This document shows, one piece after another, positions 12,231 to 24,070 of a stretch of DNA of 64,000 nt (positions are counted from its first letter, which is position 1; each line of letters starts with the position of its first letter). This DNA comes from Nemertoderma westbladi (taxonomy: Eukaryota > Animalia > Xenacoelomorpha): assembly GCA_032718475.1 (NCBI GenBank), contig JAUCBJ010004334.1:62001-126000 (forward strand), in the 5' to 3' direction. Under the pieces are notes generated by a model. It had not been told where the DNA came from, did no database searches, and worked only from the letters and a program-made list of their open reading frames with translations. Both the position numbers and the translations under genes were made by a program.

Positions 12231-13501
12231 GTATTAAGTTTTTCGAGAATATTCATTATTTCAAATTCAGATATGTTTTTAAAAGCAAATGTATCGTCTG
12301 CATTTTGTGTTGCTATATAACTACTATTTGGCTGTTTTGATATCATTTTATTTGTAAATTTTTTAAATTCACCTAATTTTTCGAATACGCGATTGAATAT
12401 ATTTGCAATTTTTATCGGATCCGTGATTTTATAGCCCTTTGCATTTTGAATTTGTTCAACTGGATTGTTATTTTTGTTTTTATTTAATATTGAATTAATT
12501 ATAGACCAACGGGAGCGAACTGATTTTTCATTTACAAATTTTGACTTGATATGCATATTTTTCAATCGGCTATTTAAGTTGTGATATTTATTTCTAGCTA
12601 ATTTGAATATTTTATAATCTTCGGTGGTTTTTGTCGATCGAAATTTATATAATTTTGTATCCTTGTCACATTTTAGGTCTTCCAATTCTTTTGTATACCA
12701 CTCGTTTTGTTTCAAATTTTTGTTCCTTTTAATTAACTTTCTTTTTAGTGGTACATGTGCATTAAACACCGTTTCAATTTCACGTTCAAAGTATTCATAG
12801 CTGTCATTTACTTGCAAAGTATATATTGGTGCCCAATCAATTTTGCCTAAATCATTGAGAAATTTTTTTTCAACAAATTTAGAGTAGTCGCGATATGTGC
12901 ACCACCTGGAGGTCCCGTGGTGGATGATTTTTGGTGCCACATTGTCGTTACTATGCAAAAGTATAAATTCATGGTCGGAATGGTCGCAGTTAGCAGTTAT
13001 TGTATTTTTTATGTTTATAGTTGCGTTGGAAGTTATGAAGTGGTCTATTAATGAGTCCTTTGTTTTGCCATTGCCATAGTGTGTGATGTTTGTAGTATTC
13101 AGTAATGTCAAGTTGTAGTTGTTTAGTACTTTGGTATAGTCCTTGGAGTCCTCTTTGTCTAATAAATCAAAGTTTGTGTCACCCATTATTAATGTTTCAG
13201 TGTTGCCGTTATTTAATGCGTGTTCGATTTCCTCGCTAATGTCAATTAAAAACTGATGCTTACTAGTTCGTGGCGGTCTGTAAACTATACCTAGTGTTAC
13301 CTTTGTGTTTATTTCTAGCCAGAGTGAGTCGTAATTGCAGTGTTTATTTTTATTCCTTAGATCTGGTAATTGTTTATGAGGCATTGTGCTCGGAATATAC
13401 AGTGCAACCCCCCCTCCCTTCCTCCGTTTCCTATCTGCCCTGTATAGTGTGAAATCCGGTAGACCTACTGACCGTGAACTTGTAAAATTGAAGGAATTCA
13501 C
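12182..13501 (-). pseudogene. LINE ORF2 fragment: AP endonuclease plus linker
   Basis: 439-aa ORF with APE motifs. It ends at the frameshift caused by the 43-bp repeat. Confidence 0.9.
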
Positions 13502-14150
13502 AATTCCTCCAGAGGTTCCCTCAACCTGGCACCGAAATCAAGCAAAACAGATTTCGAGCCCTTGACATGACTTGGAATAGGCCACTCAAACGGACATCTT
13601 CATTGTTCAAACTAAACATTGAGAATGAAATTTTCAGACACTTTAGACAAGAAACGGTCTACAGACAAGTACTAATAGACGAAGGTTTGGGGGGATATTT
13701 GGAGAAGTAAACGTCAAATAATTATTGGTCTTCTTATAGGCCTATTGGTCGCGGTGCTATCTGGTATAGTAATAACTTGGGTTATTTGGAAGGAACTTCA
13801 AGACGATATGGTATATACTTCAAGACGGTAGATTTCTGCGATTCCTATAAACTCAACTACTACTCATCTGTCTACAACATCTACCACCATAACACCCACA
13901 CCACCCCTACCTAACAATAACACCACTGTCCCTATAGATGTAACAGAAATTGAAGACGCAACTGAATGGACCAGGAGCTCCTCAACAACACCCACACATC
14001 ACTAAAACACCCCCACCCACCACTAAAACACCCCCACCCACCACTATAACACCCCCACCCACCACTACCACACCCCACCCACCACTAAAACACCCCCGCC
14101 CACCACTACCACACCCCATCCACCACTATTACACCCCCACCAACCACTGT
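13501..14150 (+). pseudogene. Decayed ORF with a transmembrane segment and Thr/Pro-rich stalk
   Basis: An open frame at 13501-13700 shifts at a G6 run into RSKRQIIIGLLIGLLVAVLSGIVITWVIWK, then a stop, then INSTTTHLSTTSTTITPTPP and 21-bp TPPPTTK repeats (about 14000-14145). Confidence 0.45.
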
Positions 14151-14499
14151 ACCAGTAAAACAAAATATATATGTTCTAGTACAAATTTTTTTAAAAATAA
14201 AGAGATAAAATGGTATAGAACATTTTCAAAAAGTAATAAAAACTTATTCGGAACATTATTCTATCCAAAACAATAAACTAATGTTAGAGTAATAGAACAA
14301 GTTACAGTTTTATTTTTGGGAGTAATCAGCTGTTATTTGCATTGATTTTCCCCTGGAGAGGGGTGAATTTTGATTTCTTCATAAGTTCCACCCCCCCCCC
14401 CCCCCCCGCCCCCACCCCTCTATCTGCCCAATTCATACATCCATTCAGCATCTTTATCATCTTCAATTAGGATTGTTTTGCATTCTGTTATCACGAATA

Positions 14500-14715
14500 T
14501 GATAGTACAGAACTATCCAGGCTTTTTACACGATCCAGTAATATATATGCCCATGGGACACAATCAGCTAGAAAAAAACAATTCTTTGTGTCACGGAAAA
14601 ATGTGGTTGTTGTACAGAGATCTCTGGCATTCAGCAGCGCCATTCTATAGAATAAACTACCTCTAAATATAGTGGAAATACAGTCAAAAGCCGTATTTAA
14701 ATGTAAAAATTGCAG
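14500..14715 (+). mobile_element. Old CR1-group LINE ORF2 C-terminal fragment
   Basis: Translates LSRLFTRSSNIYAHGTQSARKKQFFV...RSLAFSSAIL*NKLPLNIVEIQSKAVFK, matching the HxxxTR...WNxLP...FK pattern. Confidence 0.65.
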
Positions 14716-16158
14716 GATTAATTATTTAGGCACGAAAATCCAATTTACCTTGCTGTTTAATATCAGTTTTAGCACGTTACATAATTTTATATAATTATTT
14801 TATATATATGGATAGTGGCTTCTGGGCTTAAAAACAAAGTTATGTTATGCTGCGAACCATTAGTATATCATACTTTTATATTCATTAGAGCGAGGCACAA
14901 AGGTTATGTTGTGAGCCATTTGCATCTATTCATTTGGAACTATTTTATTCATTGGGCTGACCAAAAGTTATGCTGAGAGCCATTATCAAAGTGGCTACTG
15001 GGTAGACCCAGAACTAAAGGTGTACCACCATGGTTAATGGTTATTGGGTTTTAAGGCAGAATCACCAACAGGTCTTAAAATACCAGAGTGTTTGGAGCTC
15101 ATTTACTACATCATGGCAGTGGTTTAGTGACAAGACCCCCCCCCCCCCCCCTGCTTGGAGACTCTTCCCCTCCCCCTTGTGAGGAAGATTTTTAAATTTA
15201 ATTCGCCAGGCCCCACTGCTGAGCTGTCAGCACTCAGCACATATATTAATTAATTTCATTATTAAATAATCTATTTGGGTTTCAATTGCCGAATTACTTA
15301 ATTTGCATTTCGCACTCACTGCGCAATCACGTTAAATTCCTCTCTCTAACCACCTGTATGCCTACAACAACTGTCAGTCCTACATGATAGATGATTATTA
15401 CAGATAACAGATTAAATCACTTAGGCTTATGCATATGAAAAATGGCCTACGTCTACTGTAACTACAGGCTGCACTTCTGTACATTATATTACAGTATTCT
15501 ATTATTGTACTGGGATTAGAGATTTAGGCCACATCAACAGTGTCATCGCCATCGCCATCAATCAGTGGCATTCATCCACCTTCACCAGATCCGAAACGGA
15601 TGAATGATCCAGAAACAAAACCTGTAAAAAATGCCTCAAATCGAATGTGATATGATGCGATGGGCATTTTTCTTGTGATTTAAGAAATGCGATTAAATTC
15701 ATGATTATCATTTGCATTTGGATTGGACTTCCTCATCGGCCTTGACACCACGGACTGCTGACCCAGCTACATCCACCATCCACCCCCACGCCCCTGGTAC
15801 TTACATTTATCTATTTACCGGTTCCTTCCCCCAATGCGTGGTGGGAACAGGCAGGTGCTGCACTAGCATAGGCTATTGTGCCTTCCTTCACCCCACATGT
15901 AAAACAAATATCAACTTACTACCAAGTTGGACCAGGTGTGTACTATATTTCATGAAGCGCACGATAGTAATGTAATAACTGAAGGTACAGACAAATGCAT
16001 ATTTAATATTTCATATGATGAGAAATAAATAAATGATAAACGAAATGCCTCCATCCTTCGATGATCCCGACTCCTGGATCGCTTCTGGATCACCAATGCC
16101 AAATGGGAAACACCGAGGAAACATTAGAAGTTGTGTTTCAGTTTTCCAATCTACTAAA

Positions 16159-17897
16159 TTTTTTTTATTTATTTTTTTTTTTTTATTTTTTTATTTATAC
16201 GTTATGTAAAAACAATAACAAATACACCAAACAATGTACCGGTATAAAGGTATTGTCCAACATAACATATAGGATTACCCTAAAGCTTTGCAGCTTATTT
16301 CCAAGGGGGTCCTTTATGTTACTTGGTTACAAATACAATATTACACTACGCTAACCTAAAACCAATATAAAACGTAATTACACTATGTACATGTACAACT
16401 TTACCGAGAGCGTGACAATGCCCGACTCAACGATAAAGATGTAAATGTACAGAACAATTTATTATAAAACGTATTTACAGCATAAATAGTAAATAATTAA
16501 TAAGCTAATAACTTACTGTAGGACTATTGTACCTATTTTTACATTGCACACGGAGGTGAGATTTAACTGCACATTTAAAAGAATGTTGATTATTTAGGTT
16601 TTTAATTTCATTAGGCAGAGCGTTCCAATTTTTTATGCCGTTAAAAAAGAAAGTATCAGATTCAAAGGATTTACAATTCGGGAGGTAGAAGTTTGAAGCA
16701 CTAGCTCTGGTACTGTAAGAGTGTGTATCGCGTACTCTGTTGAATTTTTGTTTTAGGTAATTGGGACATTTACCATTATACACTTTATGCACATGGTTAA
16801 GGCGTAGCTGCTTAACTCTACTATCTAAGTTAAGTAGTCCAGATTCAGAAAAGTCATCTGGAGTTAGGTGGTGCCTAGGTTTGTAGTCTTTAATAAATCG
16901 TACTACTTTATTCTGAGCTACTTGTAATTTACATTTAAGCTGTTTGGTTAAGCCTTCATACCAAGAAGAGCAAGCATAGTCCATACCGGTACTTTTTGAG
17001 GCTGATAGGCTAAGTAGATTTTTAAAAACGAAATCCTCAGAAACGGGTTTTAAAAATAACTTTTCTGAATTTTGTAACTTTTCTAAATAAAAATTATTTA
17101 GAGTTTCGGACCCTATACTATATTTATTACTTGATAACGGTAATTTCTTAACTAAATTAGAGGCAACATTAGTAAAATAATTATTAAATAAATTACTAAC
17201 TAGAGTATGATCATGAATCAGCTCACCGTTATCTTGCAGAACAATATTCGATTTAGATTTAAGGTTTTTATAACCTAAAGATTTTAGGGTAGACCATAGA
17301 CTTTTTGGATTATCTTTATTCTCACTTATTTTGTTGTACAAATATTCAGATTTAGCTTTTTTTATTTCCCGTTGGACAAGGTTTCTATATTTGCAGTAAT
17401 TATTATAATCAGCTAAAACACGGTATTTCCTAAATTTATACAAATAGTTATCTCTTTCTCTGATATTACTAAGAATACCCGAGGTCATCCAGGGCTCAGT
17501 GCGTTGTTTAAGTCTAATTTCTTTAATTGGTGCTACAGTATTAAGTGCCTTTAAAAATATATCTTTAAAAACAGTGTACGCAAGGTTAATGTCAGCGGCC
17601 TTAAAACAGGGTTCCCAGTCAGAATTAACTAACAAACTTAAAAAGCGTTCCTTGCTGTAATTTTTCATAGACCTAACTGTTACTGTTTTATGATCCCCGA
17701 AAAAAGATTTTTGTGTCTTTCTTGTGCAAAAAACTATAAAATGATCGCTTTGACCTATAGGTAAAACCCCAGATTGAGAAATAATATCGGTATTATTACA
17801 AAGGATGTGATCTAGTAAAGTAGAAGTTTTACTGGTAATTCTGGTAGAATCTCGAATAATTTGTTTTAAACCAAACAAATTTAAAATACTTTGGTAC
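16159..17897 (-). mobile_element. CR1-group LINE family A, copy 1 (5'-truncated, RT deleted, A-rich tail)
   Basis: Near-identical to 39208-41945 but lacking 40122-41150. The minus-strand tail is A-rich. Confidence 0.95.
16505..17878 (-). pseudogene. LINE ORF2 with in-frame 343-codon deletion of the RT domain
   Basis: 457 aa versus 800 aa in the copy at 39228-41630. Junction ASKSTG|MDYACSS. Confidence 0.92.
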
Positions 17898-18260
17898 TAT
17901 TTACAGATGGGGGATGCTTTGTGATGGTAACTAAATCAATTCCACTTAATATTTATATTTTGTTGGTACTCTGACTGACTGGTGTCGTAGTAAGCTGTGT
18001 ATGTTGTTTGAAAAGGGGAATAAGCTAGATTGTAACAATATCGAGGGATTAGCATCATGGACACTTGTTCTAAGCTATATGACATAATAATAACTAAGAG
18101 ATTGCTATTGTGGTGTAGTATTGACTCGTGTCAGGCTGGTGCACAATGGGGCTGAGGGTGTATAGAACAAATAATGGCTTTGCGCTTAATAATTAATTTT
18201 GCTGTATATAAAAAGATACGACTTTTTGTCGTTTTCATTGATTACAGCAAAGCTTACAGA

Positions 18261-18381
18261 GGTCAGTATTGGTTGACAGAAGGAGATACGCAATGCGTAT
18301 CCCATTGCGCCTCATAATAGCCTCTCGTCAACAAGTCAACCCCACCGACTAGCGGCACTGGCTGTTTCAGCTGACGGGGCT
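18261..18381 (+). ncRNA. Candidate HDV-like self-cleaving ribozyme at the RTE 5' end
   Basis: Hand-folded: P1 GGUCAGU(18261-67)/ACUGGCU(18357-63) with a first G.U pair, P3 ACC/GGC around a 7-nt L3, P1.1 AC/GU, P2 CCCC/GGGG, and C18371 in J4/2. Two positions deviate from consensus. Confidence 0.45.
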
Positions 18382-21064
18382 CTGTCGAAAAACGCGTCCC
18401 TGATGCAGTAAGGGCCCTCTTTTGAGGTGCAATATTATTATTGCCGCGGAACTGCTTCTACTCTAGGCCAGACCTAGCCAGAAGTAGAATCCTCACCAAC
18501 CATCAACAAGAATAGATGAATCTGACAACACATTCTCCAACCCAACACCCCCCCCCCCCCCCCCCCAACGCCCAGCATCACACCTCTACCGACGATGGAG
18601 AATAAAAGATCACTCACTATAGAATTCAAGATAAGTTTGATCAAGCAATGCAACGAAACCTGTAAGTTAGAAAATGCATGGCACCAATATTCTCAAAATA
18701 ATTAAAAAGTCCTACATTTATTTTGCATGAGATACTAACAACCCGTCACTAACCACAACAAACGTACTGTATAGTACAGTAGCCTGTCGTATTCGCCCAA
18801 ATACGGCAGTATAACTCTGGGTTCAGAGAACGTGTACATATTGACAGGCGGCAATCCCCTGATACAGTACCAAGCATGTGTTTGATATAAATATTAGATT
18901 TCTACTTCCATAACAATTCTTATTGATTCCGCAGGTCAATGTTATAATTAAAACAGTCAATTATATTCTTCCGATTCCATAGGCGGCTTACACACCAACT
19001 CTCACCCTACAGCCCTATTTATCCCAATCCATCAATTTTTGTCACAGGTGGTCGGACAATACTACTACAAAATGAGTCTTCCATCCTGATAACTCTGTTT
19101 AATTTGACAATGTTTATAAAAATATAACTTCGTTATGTTTACCCCTACCCATAAGCATCAAACAGTCTTTCAATGTAATAAACCTGCCCAATAACTCATT
19201 GAACCAGAAGGACGCCCCTGGCAAACAACATAAATCAAAGTTAAAAGTAAACATTATCTCTCTTTCATAGACTTCATGTCTTCAATATACTAAACACCCA
19301 GAGACAGTCAGTCCCAAGGCTACACAGAATTAGTTACCTCGGAGCCAGCAGCTGATACAGAGTATTACATAACACAAATCCATTTACTATAACAATGATA
19401 TGTGTTGACCAAGGTGTACTAAAGAGTATTGGTGCACCTTGGTGTTGACATAACATTGGAAAGAGCCCATTAACTACTGGGTAGGACCAATGCCCAACCG
19501 ACCAATCTAGCCACAGGGCTAACGCTGGTAAATTTAAGGAAACTAACCAACCAATCCACCTTCATGAAACCAGAAAGACTACATGTACAAACCAATTCAG
19601 AAAGCAATAATAGGACATTATATCATTATAGCCATTCCATCTGTAATCTAGACTAGCATACATGTCACTATTACGTAATTGTTTGTTCCCGCAGGAAATC
19701 AAGCTGATGTTGCTGGGGTTTTAAAATTATTTATTTTATGGTTACAAATTGGAATTATACAAATTTTAGAACAAGTTAATGAGATAATGACTATAGAAGC
19801 GAAACATACCAGACACAAAGTGAGAATACGAAATAGTAAAATCAAAGAAATTACTTTTCTGTCAAAAAGGTAACTAAACTATAAGATTATCATTATATAA
19901 CAACAGCAACACCATCTTCCCTTTTCCTGCTGGTCTTTCCTTTTCTTTTCTTTTAATCTCTTTATTACATTATCTCTTGTTGTGAAGTATCGCGATACTT
20001 TAGTTCACAAGTAATTTATTGTAGATAGATTATATAACATTAAGTAATTACAGAATTAATACAATCCGATGGGGGGAGGGGGCGCCGTAATAAACAAAAC
20101 TAAAAACAAAAATTAAGCTACCGAAATACTACCCCAAAATAACAATGCAACCTGTTCTATTGACTTTCGTTTATTGTTTTGGCGATAATGACGTTCCACT
20201 ATAACCTGCTCATTTCCCTAAATCGATAATTTAACATTGAGGCGAGATGCTAATTCGCCGATGTGGGATTTGCACGCCCAGTTTTCCCCCCACCCGCCCC
20301 CGCCTCAACAAAACACATAAATAACAAAATTTCCATATCCCCCCCCCCCACACACACACACACTGCGTCCACAGCCTATAACCGTAATTACATACAACAC
20401 AAAAATTACATAACATACGATATCAGTCATCATAACTCGAAGTTGTGCACCCAACCCAATTTCAATTCCACCACCATCACAACAGCACCCCCACACCTCA
20501 CTCGCCACTACTATAACATCCATACCTCCCCACAAATAAGCCAATACACCACTACTTCGATCAACCCCCCCCCCCCCCCCCCCCAACCCCTTCCCAACCT
20601 CATATTCTAATACATCAATACACAACATCACACAGAACAATAACACCAGCCAATACCACCATTTCAACGTGCAGCCACCGCACCCCTTCCAATAAAAACT
20701 CCATTCCAGCCCACCAACACAAACCCCAACAACCCCTCCTACCCACTACGATCAAACCACTCGCCCACTCCCACCATCACAATCCCACTTCAACACACCT
20801 CTACCCCAGATAACAAAAGAATACAATCCCCACACCACCACCACCCCCCCCCCCCCCCCCCCCACCACAGTCCTTATCCCCAAGAAACAAACCACCCCAA
20901 ACGCCCCCCACCCACACCAAGCAAACACACACACTTTCTCTTACCACCAATAACACTTCTCCGACAGGGTTGCGGTCTATTTACTCTATAATCCCTTAAT
21001 TTATCGATTTGTTAAACGGTGACTTTGAATATTAAGGTGTAGCTTCTTAACACAAACTTAAATA

Positions 21065-24000
21065 ATGCCTAATATAGCGACTTGGAATGTGCAATCGATA
21101 TTCAATCCCAAACGACTCGAATTAGTCATTCAAGATGTTATAGCAAGAAAAATAGATGTACTTGCTATCCAAGAAACGTTCTACCCAGGAAGTGGTGAGT
21201 TTTCCTCACAAGGATATAAAGTTATATACTCAGGCCCACCAGTGAACGACACACGTCACAGACAGGGAGTAGCCTTCATAGTACGTCACAAAGTAGCAAC
21301 TACAATCCTTGGATACCAACTACTCTCACCTAGTATGATGACTCTTAGAATTAACACCTGGACTGGCTCTTTAACACTGATCAACGTATATGCGCCGGAC
21401 TCCGGGAAACCAGAAGAAGAATATACCAACTTTTTGGATAATCTACATACTCAAATGGTACTTGCACGGAGTAAAGGAAATTTTATAATATTGGGAGATT
21501 TAAACGGACACGTGGGAACGAGGAAAACCGCGCAGCAAATAAGCCACAACGTTATTGGGCCATACAATCTGACAGACATCAATCGAAATGGAAAAATACT
21601 ACTGGACTTCTGCCAGGCTTACAATCTAACAATAGCGAATACATTCTTCAGACATAAAAACATCCTTCACAAAATTACATTTCAACTCCCACCCCAAACA
21701 CAAACCCACCCCAACAATTCTCTCTCAGGTAAATCTGTAATAGACTTATTCCTGGTACCTCATAAGAAACTTGGAGACTTTCAAAATGTCTGTTCATTCC
21801 CAGACACCTCCCATGAATCGGACCACCTCCTCGTCATGGCGACAATCCAATACAGAATCCGACATTGGGATGTTCAGAACATACCATCCTCTAAGAAAGA
21901 AGTATCACTCTTGGCAGCATCGGTACAGGACAGGAACAATTTCGAAACAGCGATGGATACATGTCTTGAAATCGACACCACTTACACCCCGTGTGGTGAC
22001 TCAGAAATGGAATCACCATCACCCCAAAGAAAGGTGGATCAAATCTGGACAGAAATCTCAAATGCCTTCCAATCTGCCAATCAGACAATTCCCAAGAGAA
22101 TCGCAAAAAGAAAACGTCCCTTAGAACCGGAAACCATGAATCTGATACATAAACGAAAGAAAGTAATAAGAGAACAAACCAGAAGAAATGATAGCAGACA
22201 CCAATCCACCATACAGTATCTAAAAAGGGAAATTCATAGGCGATGTCAAATAGAAAAACAAAAAGATATTCTCCAATACACTGAAGCAGCCGATCAAGCC
22301 TTTGAATCCAATAACATACATATATTCTATAAAAACGTAAAAGCACTTTCTAATAAATTCCAACCTATATTCAGGGAAATAAAAGACAAAGATGGCAATC
22401 TACTAACGGATATTGACCAACAAATGCAAAGATGGGAAGAATTCTACCATGAACTGCTGAACCCACCAGACCCCCCAAGCCCCCTAGACTCTCTACCAGA
22501 CCCCTCGGCTGAACTAAACATAAACGAAGATCCAATAACGTCAGAAGAACTCAAGTTGGCAATTGTGAGACTAAAAAACAGAAAATCCCCTGGACCAGAC
22601 AACATCACAGCGGAGGAACTTAAATCAATTACCCCACTCATGAAGCATAAGCTTATAGAGCTTTTTAACAGAATATGGACCAGACACAAAACACCAAAGG
22701 ACTGGGGAAAAAGAGTTATTACCCTCATCCCGAAACAAGGAGACCCAAAGGAATGTACGAACACAAGAGGAATCTCGCTGCTGTCTATTCCCTTCAAGGT
22801 ATTCACCTACATAATTCTAAATCGCATTAAACAGGCATGTGAGGAACAACTCCGAGAAAACCAAGCGGGTTTCCGCTCCGGCAGAGGCTGCATAGACAAC
22901 ATATTCGTCCTTCGCCAAGTGATTCAACACCATCTCACCTACGGCATTCCCCTCTATGTAACATGCATCGACTTCTCCAAAGCCTTCGATTCTGTCCACC
23001 GACCATCTATGTTCGCAATACTTAGAAATTACGGCTTCCCGGAAAGAATCATCAACATTCTACTAAGTATTTACGACTCAGACCAAGCAAAGGTCAGAGT
23101 AAATGGCGAAGTAACCAACTACTTTCTAGTAACCCAGGGGATGCGACAAGGTTGTCTACTCAGCCCCATATTCTTTGACCTGATCGCAGATTTCGTTCTC
23201 AACCTCGCAGACAAAGAACTCCTAAAGAACAACACACAACGTGGAGTCACACTAGCAATTGAGGATCAGGAAGAGGAAACAACTGTCGGAGACATCGATT
23301 TTGCAGATGACTGCAACCTACTACACACCACCATAGAAGCCTCACAAAAACATCTGACTTACATTTCCATCGAAGGAGAACGTATAGGTTTACGCATTAA
23401 TCCAAAGAAATCAGAACTACTGAAAATCCCTGCAGACCAAAACGTAAACAACGCTCTAACAGTACACGACAAACCGATCAAAGAAGTCAATGCAATTTCA
23501 TTCCTAGGCAGCCACATCACTAATAAAAACAACCCCCTACCCGCAGTCAAGCATAGGATCTCAAAGGCAACTGGAAACTATCACGCCTTACGTAAAATAT
23601 GGAAAGACAAAAACATCCGTCCTGCTATAAAGGTACAAGTATTTAAAACTATGGTAAGAACCGTAATGCTATATGGACTAGAAACGATACCACTCTCCGA
23701 GTCAGTAGAGAAGAGGCTAGACTCTGCAGACAGGCGGTTACTCCGTCCTCTTCTCAAACACCACCAGTTTGACAACTTCTCCACGCAACAACTCTACCAC
23801 CGAGCCCAACTTCGGCCACTTTCAGAGATGCTACGAAGGAGAAGGCTACGATGGTTTGGGCATGTAGCGAGAATGCCAGCCAAACGACTTCCCCGGATTG
23901 CACTCAACCTGAAGATGCCATCAGAGAAAAGGAAGAAAAGAGGGAGGCCAGCTACCACCTTCTCTCAAACTGTTCAGAGGGACTTCGCACCTATAGGTAT

Positions 24001-24070
24001 AAACCTCAATGAAGCTGTTCAATTTGCTCAAGATAAGAAGGGATACAGAAACCTCATCAAAGATCTATAA
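21065..24070 (+). CDS. RTE-clade APE endonuclease-reverse transcriptase, intact (1001 aa)
   Basis: ATWNV, AIQET, VYAP, LGDLN and SDH (EN); QAGFR, DFSKAFDSV, GMRQGCLLSP and DFADD (RT); RRLRWFGHVARM...KRGRP (RTE C-terminus). Confidence 0.96.
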   Translation: MPNIATWNVQSIFNPKRLELVIQDVIARKIDVLAIQETFYPGSGEFSSQGYKVIYSGPPVNDTRHRQGVAFIVRHKVATTILGYQLLSPSMMTLRINTWTGSLTLINVYAPDSGKPEEEYTNFLDNLHTQMVLARSKGNFIILGDLNGHVGTRKTAQQISHNVIGPYNLTDINRNGKILLDFCQAYNLTIANTFFRHKNILHKITFQLPPQTQTHPNNSLSGKSVIDLFLVPHKKLGDFQNVCSFPDTSHESDHLLVMATIQYRIRHWDVQNIPSSKKEVSLLAASVQDRNNFETAMDTCLEIDTTYTPCGDSEMESPSPQRKVDQIWTEISNAFQSANQTIPKRIAKRKRPLEPETMNLIHKRKKVIREQTRRNDSRHQSTIQYLKREIHRRCQIEKQKDILQYTEAADQAFESNNIHIFYKNVKALSNKFQPIFREIKDKDGNLLTDIDQQMQRWEEFYHELLNPPDPPSPLDSLPDPSAELNINEDPITSEELKLAIVRLKNRKSPGPDNITAEELKSITPLMKHKLIELFNRIWTRHKTPKDWGKRVITLIPKQGDPKECTNTRGISLLSIPFKVFTYIILNRIKQACEEQLRENQAGFRSGRGCIDNIFVLRQVIQHHLTYGIPLYVTCIDFSKAFDSVHRPSMFAILRNYGFPERIINILLSIYDSDQAKVRVNGEVTNYFLVTQGMRQGCLLSPIFFDLIADFVLNLADKELLKNNTQRGVTLAIEDQEEETTVGDIDFADDCNLLHTTIEASQKHLTYISIEGERIGLRINPKKSELLKIPADQNVNNALTVHDKPIKEVNAISFLGSHITNKNNPLPAVKHRISKATGNYHALRKIWKDKNIRPAIKVQVFKTMVRTVMLYGLETIPLSESVEKRLDSADRRLLRPLLKHHQFDNFSTQQLYHRAQLRPLSEMLRRRRLRWFGHVARMPAKRLPRIALNLKMPSEKRKKRGRPATTFSQTVQRDFAPIGINLNEAVQFAQDKKGYRNLIKDL

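Larger units (their letters stand above)
8670..13497 (-). mobile_element. 5'-truncated CR1-group (L2/Crack-like) LINE, disrupted by an RTE insertion and a 43-bp triplication
   Basis: APE endonuclease (RADRKRRKGGGVALY, YRPP, MGDTN, SLIDH, SDH), NYRPIS, GVPQGTQLGP and YADD motifs. AT-rich tail near 8670-8692. Confidence 0.92.

Noticed and set aside
18595-18705. 36-aa uORF resembling the start of a pogo/Brinker-type HTH
   Set aside because: Too short, and no downstream exon extended the similarity in the splice combinations I tried.
20231-20934. Short ORFs as a possible RTE ORF1
   Set aside because: They arise from low-complexity C/A-rich sequence, show no recognisable domain and depend on homopolymer lengths.
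21771-23784. Alternative-frame and antisense ORFs inside the RTE ORF (similar ones occur in the other LINE and BEL ORFs)
   Set aside because: Shadow ORFs of a long coding sequence with no independent motifs.
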